A DNA stretch of 64,000 nucleotides. Origin: Patescibacteria group bacterium (GTDB taxonomy: Bacteria; Patescibacteriota; Patescibacteriia; UBA2591; JAQUPP01). Positions 57,603 to 64,000 of this stretch are shown here, piece after piece. How positions within the stretch are numbered: position 1 is the stretch's first letter; each line of letters opens with the position of its first letter. The position numbers and the translations under genes were made by a program. The notes below the pieces were generated by a model, which worked only from the letters and a program-made list of their open reading frames with translations, was not told where the DNA came from and did no database searches. The stretch covers positions 203,717 to 267,716 of the forward strand of contig JAQUPP010000002.1 in the NCBI GenBank assembly GCA_028716665.1. The letters are read 5' to 3'.

Positions 57603-58649
57603 ATGGCCTTAATTTTAGTTTTAAATGCCGGCAGCACTTCTCTGAAATACAAATTATTTGATTATCAGACGCTTAAAGTTGTCAAAAAAGAATCTTTTGA
57701 AAATTTGCCGATCAGCGGTGACGCTCACTTAAGCGCTGTTGTTTCTGTTTTAAAACAAATCGGTAATTTAACCGATATTAAAATAGTTGGTCATCGAATA
57801 GTGCATGGCGGAACTGAATTTCAAAAGCCGACCTTGCTTGATGATAAAAATTTAAAAAATTTGGCCAATTACAGCAGTTTGGCTCCTCTTCATAATCCTT
57901 ATAATTTAAAAGTGGCGCAATTGGCCAGGGTTTATTTAAATGACATACCGCACGTAGGGTGTTTTGACACCGGTTTTTTTATTGACTTGCCGCTGCAGGC
58001 CAAGCTGTATGCCATTCCGCTTGAATATTACAGAAAATATAATATTCAACGTTTCGGGTTTCATGGTATTTCTCATCAATACGTAGCCAACCAAGCGGCA
58101 AAAATTTTAAAAAAGAATTTGAATAAAATAAATTTAATCACTTGCCATTTGGGCGGGGGATGCAGCATGGCGGCGATTAAAAAAGGCAAGGCGGTTGATA
58201 CCAGTATGGGTTTTACTCCGCTTGAAGGATTAGTGATGATGACACGTTCGGGTGATATTGATCCGGGTCTTATTAATTATTTTAATAAAGAATGCGGCTT
58301 ATCTATGGATCAGGTAAACGATCTGTTAAATTATGAATCCGGAATGAAAGGTTTGTTTGGAACAAGTAATTTCAGAGAAATTTTAAAAGCCGCAAAAAAG
58401 GGAAACAAAAAGGCAAAATTGGCTTTTGAAATTTTTATTTATAGAATTCAAAAATATATCAGTTCTTATTTTGGAATTCTAGGCGGCGCTGACGCGATTG
58501 TTTTCACCGGAGCAATCGGCGCGGGAGATTCTTATACTCGAAAAAATATTTGCCAAGGATTAAAATTTATCAAGTCCGCAAAAATTTTAGCCATTGAAAC
58601 CGATGAAGAATTGGCGATTGCCCAAGAGTGTCAAAAAATTCTAAAATAA
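57603..58649 (+). CDS. ackA: Acetate kinase
   Basis: LNAGSTSLK, GHRIVHGG, APLHNP, RFGFHGISH, HLGGG, DTSMGFTPLEG and TDEE. Start moved to 57603. Confidence 0.95.
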   Translation: MALILVLNAGSTSLKYKLFDYQTLKVVKKESFENLPISGDAHLSAVVSVLKQIGNLTDIKIVGHRIVHGGTEFQKPTLLDDKNLKNLANYSSLAPLHNPYNLKVAQLARVYLNDIPHVGCFDTGFFIDLPLQAKLYAIPLEYYRKYNIQRFGFHGISHQYVANQAAKILKKNLNKINLITCHLGGGCSMAAIKKGKAVDTSMGFTPLEGLVMMTRSGDIDPGLINYFNKECGLSMDQVNDLLNYESGMKGLFGTSNFREILKAAKKGNKKAKLAFEIFIYRIQKYISSYFGILGGADAIVFTGAIGAGDSYTRKNICQGLKFIKSAKILAIETDEELAIAQECQKILK

Positions 58650-58704
58650 AAATTTAGTTTAAAAAATAAAAAGACTCAATTTTTTGGGTCTTTTTTTGTT
58701 ATTC

Positions 58705-58862
58705 AACCCTATCCTAATTTTGCGAATGAAAAATTTTAGGCGAGGCGCTGCGCCCAACAAGGAATGTCCCTATTCGGGACACGCGCCTCGCGAGAATTTT
58801 ATAAAATTTATTTTTAAATTTTTATTTTTAAAAAGAAAATTTGGCAAAATTAGGACGGGGTT
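58705..58862. mobile_element. MITE-like element with nested GC-rich hairpin
   Basis: TIR AACCCTATCCTAATTTTGC / GCAAAATTAGGACGGGGTT (17/19), with internal GCGAGGCGC...GCGCCTCGC. Confidence 0.7.
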
Positions 58863-58885
58863 TCGCTCTTTTTAGTCGCTCAAAG

Positions 58886-58991
58886 TTATCCACAATCAGG
58901 TGGTTGCCTAGTGGGAGAAAATGGATTACAATTGATTCGTTGTGTAGGAAAGTGGATAAATGTGGGGATAAGCCAGTTTTTATGTGAATAA
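58886..58991 (+). promoter_or_regulatory. dcw promoter region with DnaA boxes and MraZ-type GTGG repeats
   Basis: TTATCCACA at 58886 and TGTGAATAA at 58983. GTGG at 58900, 58911, 58952 and 58962. Confidence 0.7.
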
Positions 58992-59039
58992 CTAATAAAT
59001 TTTGTCTCCGGACGTTAAGTCGGAGCTACAAAATTATTA

Positions 59040-59133
59040 CCGAGCACTCAACACAGTTTATTTAAAATATTTCAAATATAATTATTATAACGAGTAATTC
59101 AGTAAAAATTTATAAATTATACTGAGTGCTCGG
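59040..59133. mobile_element. MITE-like element upstream of mraZ
   Basis: TIR CCGAGCACTCA / TGAGTGCTCGG flanked by TA. Confidence 0.65.
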
Positions 59134-59195
59134 TACTCAAAATTATAGTTAAAAATTTTGCGTTTTGCGAACTTAAATTTTTAAATAATTTTTGT

Positions 59196-59627
59196 ATGTT
59201 TATTGGTGAATACCATTATACAATAGATGAAAAAAATAGATTGGCCGTTCCGGTCAAATTTAGAGCAAGCATTTTAAAGGGAGCAGTAGTGACTCGCGGA
59301 ATAGATGCTTGTCTTTTTTTATATCCTAAAAAAGAATGGGATAATTTAGCCGCTAAGTTGGCGGCAATGCCGATTAATAAATCCAAGACCAGAGCTTTTT
59401 CCAGATTAATGTTGGCTGGTGCGATGGAAGTGGAGCTTGATAAACAAGGAAGAATAAATTTACCTGATTATTTAAAACAATACGCGAGTATTAATAAAAA
59501 AATAGTTATTGCCGGACTTTATAATCGCTTGGAAATTTGGGATGAACAAGCTTGGGAAGAATATAAGAAAAAATCAGAAGAAGAAAGCACTGATATTGCC
59601 GAAGAGCTTGGGGGTTTAGGCGTGTAA
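59196..59627 (+). CDS. mraZ: Transcriptional repressor MraZ
   Basis: MFIGEY...DEKNRL.VP and ELDKQGRI.LP. First gene of the dcw cluster. Confidence 0.97.
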   Translation: MFIGEYHYTIDEKNRLAVPVKFRASILKGAVVTRGIDACLFLYPKKEWDNLAAKLAAMPINKSKTRAFSRLMLAGAMEVELDKQGRINLPDYLKQYASINKKIVIAGLYNRLEIWDEQAWEEYKKKSEEESTDIAEELGGLGV

Positions 59628-59628
59628 T

Positions 59629-60498
59629 ATGGCACACACACCGGTACTTTTAAATGAAGTCATTGCATATCTGAATCCGCAAAAAAATAAAAATTTTATT
59701 GATTGCACGGTTGGCGGCGGGGGACATGCTTTAAAAATTTTATCTTTAACAAAACCTAATGGCAAGTTATTAGGTTTAGATTTGTCTCAAGAAGCAATTT
59801 TAAAACTTCAGCAAATAGAAGAACAGAGATTAATTTTAGTTTGCGACAATTTTGCTCATTTAAAAACAATTGTTGAACAGTATAATTTTGGTCCGATAAA
59901 CGGTATTTTAATGGATTTGGGACTTTCGTCTGATCTTTTAGAGACAAGCGGAAGGGGATTCAGTTTTGCGAAAGACGAACCATTGGACATGAGATTCAGT
60001 CCGACTACTCAAGATTTCACCGCTCAAATGATTATCCGCCAATATCCAAAAGATAAATTAACGGAAATTTTCAGGAAATTCGGCGAGGAAAAATTTTCTC
60101 GTCAAATAGCAGAGGCGATAGTCAATATCAGAAAAAAAGAAAATATTACTTCAACTGTTCAATTGGCCGGTTTGATTGAAACAACTTTGGGAAGAAGGTT
60201 TCATATCAAAAGTTTGGCCAGAGTTTTTCAAGCTTTAAGGATTGAAGTCAATAATGAATTGGAAATTTTAGAACAAACATTAAATCAGGGGATGGAGATA
60301 TTAAGTCCGGGAGGCAGATTGGCAGTGATCAGTTTTCATTCTTTAGAAGACAGGATTGTCAAATTATTTTTTAAAAAATTCAAGAAAGAGGGAATGGCGG
60401 AAATTATAACCAAGAAACCGCTTATTCCGACGGATGAAGAAATTAGAATCAACTCGCGCAGCAGAAGCGCCAAATTAAGAGTTGCAGAAAAAATATAA
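59629..60498 (+). CDS. rsmH: 16S rRNA m4C1402 methyltransferase
   Basis: HTPVLLNE, DCTVGGGGH, DLGLSS, RGFSF, FQALRIEVN, SFHSLEDR and SRSAKLR. Confidence 0.97.
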   Translation: MAHTPVLLNEVIAYLNPQKNKNFIDCTVGGGGHALKILSLTKPNGKLLGLDLSQEAILKLQQIEEQRLILVCDNFAHLKTIVEQYNFGPINGILMDLGLSSDLLETSGRGFSFAKDEPLDMRFSPTTQDFTAQMIIRQYPKDKLTEIFRKFGEEKFSRQIAEAIVNIRKKENITSTVQLAGLIETTLGRRFHIKSLARVFQALRIEVNNELEILEQTLNQGMEILSPGGRLAVISFHSLEDRIVKLFFKKFKKEGMAEIITKKPLIPTDEEIRINSRSRSAKLRVAEKI

Positions 60499-60519
60499 TT
60501 ATTATTTTATTTAAATTTT

Positions 60520-60849
60520 ATGACTTCTTACAAAGTAATATCACAATCTAATTTAAGACAGGAGTCAGATAAATATTTTATTTTTAATGCTGTTGGGGCA
60601 GGTATTGTTTTGTTGATGGTAATTATTTCATTGACCCAAGTTAACGCCGGTATTTTTTACAGTTTAAAAATTAAACAAGCTAATTTTAGATTAACGACTT
60701 TAAGAACTGAGAATGAGCGTTTAGCCCAAGAAGTGTCTCAGCTAAATTCTCTTGCTAATATTGATCAAAACATTTCCGTTTTAGGCATGGTTAAAACTAC
60801 TAAAATCAATTATCTTTCCCCAACAGAACAAACCCTTGCCAGACGTTAA
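60520..60849 (+). CDS. ftsL: FtsL-like cell division protein
   Basis: TM plus coiled coil plus LGM, lying between rsmH and ftsI. Confidence 0.65.
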   Translation: MTSYKVISQSNLRQESDKYFIFNAVGAGIVLLMVIISLTQVNAGIFYSLKIKQANFRLTTLRTENERLAQEVSQLNSLANIDQNISVLGMVKTTKINYLSPTEQTLARR

Positions 60850-60873
60850 TTATTTAATGTTTAATAAGATATT

Positions 60874-62619
60874 ATGCCCCGGCTCAAAATCTTGATAGTC
60901 GTTGTTTTTATTTGCGGATTTTTGATAATTGGCAGGCTTTTTGAGCTGCAGGTTTTGCGTCATGATTTCTATACCACTTCGGTTGAAAACAGGGGAGGGG
61001 TTAATGAAATAATTCCCGTTGAAAGAGGCAGAATCTTAATTGAAGACGGAGGCGAGACCTATCCGCTTGCCACAAATATTAATACTTATAATTTAATCGC
61101 TGTTCCGGCCAGAATTACCAATCCGGAAGAATGGCTGGAAAAAATGGCGCCTTATTTGAATTTCCATGATAATATTACCGGCGATCAAATAATTGAAGAA
61201 GGTGAAAAAACGGATGAATATAAAGCGATGATAGAGCGCCTTTCTCGCGAAAAAGATTTTTACGAATTATTAAAAAAAGAATTGACTATTAATGAAGTCA
61301 ATGCCATTAAGAAGCTAAATTTAGAAGGTATTGATTTTGAAACAATTTCTAAAAGATATTGGCCGGAAAAAAATCTTTTCAGTCATGTAGTCGGTTTTGT
61401 TTCTCCATCAGACAATAAGCCAAGCGGTCAATATGGCATAGAAGAATTTTTTAATCAAGAATTAGAAGGCGTTCCTGGCCAAATGAAGGGTGAAAAAGCG
61501 CCGGGAGGATATTTAATCAGTTCTTCTTATCAAGAAATTAAAAAAGCGGAAAAAGGGGAAGATATAGTTTTAACTCTTGACCGATCTATACAATTTTTCG
61601 CTTGCCAGTTAATACAGCAAGCGGTAAAAGATTACGGCGCGGAAAGAGGTTCTATTATTGTTGAAGATCCTGAGAGCGGAAGAATATTGGCTTTATGCAA
61701 TCAACCTGACTTTGATCCCAATCAATATTCAAAAATTAAAAATTTGGAAGTATTTAAAAATTCAGCCATTGATTATTCATATGAACCAGGTTCTATTTTT
61801 AAGGTGATCACCATGGCTGCCGCGCTTGATGCCGGAAAAGTTACTCCAGACACTTCGTACGTTGATACAGGATCTCTGACAATAGACGGACATGTTATTA
61901 AAAATGCCGCAGACAGAGTTTTTGGCAAAGCAACTATGACTAATGTTCTGGAAAGATCAATCAACACAGGAGCGGTATTTGCCGCCAAGGCCACGGGAAA
62001 AGAATCATTTAGAAATTATGTTAAGAAATTTGGTTTTGGCAGATTGACTGAAATAGAATTAAGCGGAGAGGCAAGCGGTAATATTGACAATTTGGAGCAG
62101 AAAGCGGAAATATATTTGGCCACCGCTTCATTTGGGCAAGGTATCAGTGTTACGCCGATTCAGATGATTAATGCCGTAGCTGCCATCGCCAATCAAGGTA
62201 AATTGATGAAACCTTATATTGTTGATAAAATTATTAAAAATGGTGAGACTATTCAGCGAGAACCGGTTTTTGTTCGCCAAGTTATTTCTTCATCAACCGC
62301 CGCTACTTTAACGTCAATGATGGTTTCAGTTTTGGAAAACGGCTGGCGAATAGGGGCGGGAGTGCCGGGATATTTTACGGCTGGCAAAACAGGAACTGCT
62401 CAAGTGGCCGGAACAAGCGGTAATTATTCTGAAAAAACCGTTCATTCTTTTATCGGATTTGCACCGGCAACCAATCCTAAATTCATAGCTTTGATAAAAA
62501 TTGATAATCCGGCAACAGGGCATTTTGCCGATACGACAGCCGCGCCGACTTTCGGCAAGCTATCGGAATTTATTTTAAAATATTATAATATTCCACCGGA
62601 CCGGCCAAATACAAAATAA
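60874..62619 (+). CDS. ftsI: Class B penicillin-binding protein (FtsI-like)
   Basis: YEPGSIFK (SxxK), RSIN (SxN) and GKTGTAQ, in the dcw position. Confidence 0.9.
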   Translation: MPRLKILIVVVFICGFLIIGRLFELQVLRHDFYTTSVENRGGVNEIIPVERGRILIEDGGETYPLATNINTYNLIAVPARITNPEEWLEKMAPYLNFHDNITGDQIIEEGEKTDEYKAMIERLSREKDFYELLKKELTINEVNAIKKLNLEGIDFETISKRYWPEKNLFSHVVGFVSPSDNKPSGQYGIEEFFNQELEGVPGQMKGEKAPGGYLISSSYQEIKKAEKGEDIVLTLDRSIQFFACQLIQQAVKDYGAERGSIIVEDPESGRILALCNQPDFDPNQYSKIKNLEVFKNSAIDYSYEPGSIFKVITMAAALDAGKVTPDTSYVDTGSLTIDGHVIKNAADRVFGKATMTNVLERSINTGAVFAAKATGKESFRNYVKKFGFGRLTEIELSGEASGNIDNLEQKAEIYLATASFGQGISVTPIQMINAVAAIANQGKLMKPYIVDKIIKNGETIQREPVFVRQVISSSTAATLTSMMVSVLENGWRIGAGVPGYFTAGKTGTAQVAGTSGNYSEKTVHSFIGFAPATNPKFIALIKIDNPATGHFADTTAAPTFGKLSEFILKYYNIPPDRPNTK

Positions 62620-62645
62620 TCTTCAAGTTACAAGTAGTATTTAAA

Positions 62646-62726
62646 TAGTTTTTGGTTATTGGTTTTTAGTTTTTAAACTGACAACCAGACAACCATAACC
62701 ATTAACTAAAAATCATAAACCATTAA
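62646..62726. repeat. Heptamer-built inverted repeat element, copy 2
   Basis: TGGTT-rich left half and AACCAT AACCATT AACTAAA AATCATA AACCATT right half. Confidence 0.6.
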
Positions 62727-62730
62727 TTAA

Positions 62731-63987
62731 ATGAAAAAATTTATTCAAACATTATTAAAATTTTTTGCCAAACAGGCGATTATTAAATATAAACCGCTGA
62801 TTATTGGTATTACCGGAAGCGTCGGCAAATCGTCCACCAAGGAGGCGATTTATCAAGTTCTTAAAAATCATTTTGTCTGCCGGCGAAATTTTAAAAATTA
62901 TAATAATGAAATCGGCGTACCCTTAACAATTTTGGGTCAAGACGCGCCGGGTAAGAATTTAATCAGTTGGTTCAAAGTTTTTTTTAACAGCTTGGGAATA
63001 ATTCTTTTTTTTCAAAAGTCTTATCCTAAAATTTTAATTTTGGAAATGGCCGCTGATCATCCGAGTGATATAAAATATTTAACCAAAATTGCGCCTTGCA
63101 ATATCGGTGTTGTCACGGCTATCGGTTCTTCGCATTTGGAATTTTTCAAAAGCATAGAAAATGTGGCCAAGGAAAAACAAGAAATTATCAGTCATTTATT
63201 GCCAACTGGTTGGGCTATTTTAAATTCTGACGATGAGAGAGTAATATCGATGAAAAATAAAACAGAAGCTAAAATTTTAACTTATGGTTTGTCGGAAAAA
63301 TCAGATGTTAAGGCTATAGAAATTATTTTAGATCAGGAGTGGGAGGACGGTAAATATAAAATTGAAGGATTAAGATTTAAGGTAAACTACAAGGGATCTA
63401 TCGTACCGGTGTTTTTACCGAATATTATTGCTCGGTCTCAAGCTTATTCTGCTTTGGCGGCCATTGCGGTTGGTATTATTTTAGATCTTAATTTAATTGA
63501 AATATCTGAAGCTTTGAATGATTTTAGTCCCTTGCCCGGTCGGATGAAAGTGATAAAAGGCATTAATAATAGTTTGATTATTGATGATACGTATAATTCT
63601 TCTCCGGTTGCCGCTCAAAGCGCTTTAGAAACATTGGCTGAAATAAAAAAACAGCCGGATGCCAAGAAATGGGCTGTTTTGGGTGATATGTTGGAATTAG
63701 GCGCGGCAAGCCGCGGAGAGCATTTAAATTTAGGTAAAAATGTCGCTAAAGCAGGAATAGATTATTTGGTTTTTATTGGGAAAGAAGCTGAGACGGTTGT
63801 TGAAGCGGCTCAAGAAGCAGGATTAAATCAAGATCAAATTAAAATTTATCAAAATTCTGTTCTAGCCGGAGAGAGTATAAGTCAAGAAATTGAAGAAGGG
63901 GATATTGTTTTAATAAAAGGTTCTCGCGGCATACACATGGAGGAAATAGTGAAAAGGGTAGTGGCAAAAATCGGTGATATAGAATAA
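62731..63987 (+). CDS. murF: UDP-MurNAc-tripeptide D-Ala-D-Ala ligase
   Basis: GITGSVGKSSTKE, NNEIGVPLT, DDTYNSSP, LGDMLELG and LIKGSRG. Confidence 0.95.
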   Translation: MKKFIQTLLKFFAKQAIIKYKPLIIGITGSVGKSSTKEAIYQVLKNHFVCRRNFKNYNNEIGVPLTILGQDAPGKNLISWFKVFFNSLGIILFFQKSYPKILILEMAADHPSDIKYLTKIAPCNIGVVTAIGSSHLEFFKSIENVAKEKQEIISHLLPTGWAILNSDDERVISMKNKTEAKILTYGLSEKSDVKAIEIILDQEWEDGKYKIEGLRFKVNYKGSIVPVFLPNIIARSQAYSALAAIAVGIILDLNLIEISEALNDFSPLPGRMKVIKGINNSLIIDDTYNSSPVAAQSALETLAEIKKQPDAKKWAVLGDMLELGAASRGEHLNLGKNVAKAGIDYLVFIGKEAETVVEAAQEAGLNQDQIKIYQNSVLAGESISQEIEEGDIVLIKGSRGIHMEEIVKRVVAKIGDIE

Positions 63988-64000
63988 GTTGATAAGTAAA

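Noticed and set aside
58886-58991. Replication origin
   Set aside because: Only a few DnaA boxes and no dnaA/dnaN nearby. A promoter-regulatory role is more parsimonious.
883-62523. Numerous short overlapping or antisense ORFs in the ORF track (e.g. 1274-1693, 8242-8745, 26630-27004, 58684-58875)
   Set aside because: They are shadows of well-supported genes or lie within repeat elements, with no motifs or start signals.

Overview
AT-rich bacterial window that looks like Patescibacteria (CPR, probably Parcubacteria). This is inferred from housekeeping genes without Shine-Dalgarno sites, CPR-type palindromic repeats, a compact dcw cluster and PduL plus AckA. The left ~14.6 kb looks like two islands integrated in tandem. 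Each ends in a ~67-bp direct repeat that starts with a tRNA-type 3' end (GGAGCCA). The islands carry a specialised chaperone operon (membrane GrpE-like protein, atypical 834-aa Hsp70, HPD-less J-like protein, AAA ATPase, two bitopic membrane proteins), three HEPN-like genes, RNase HI with a Zn finger, and an HRDC-XseA fusion with XseB. The rest is core genome: nadE, ABC-F, csp, mnmA, an ECF sigma with a MacAB-like operon, tatD, a UvrD-nuclease, a mitochondrial-type single-chain PheRS beside a PheT remnant, pduL, glycosyltransferases, rmuC, ackA and mraZ-rsmH-ftsL-ftsI-murF. Four things are interspersed in the core. (i) A MITE family (CCCCCTCAC...GTGAGGGGG) has four copies, all inside TTGACA -35 hexamers with a TTGA duplication. 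(ii) Other CC...GG MITEs sit at start codons or gene ends. (iii) Palindromic repeats are inserted in frame in three proteins. (iv) About ten self-contained genes, mostly ORFans, have their own promoter, a G-rich SD and usually a terminator, unlike the SD-less core genes. No rRNA, intact tRNA, CRISPR array, integrase or transposase was seen. All product calls come from reading motifs by eye, not from database searches.
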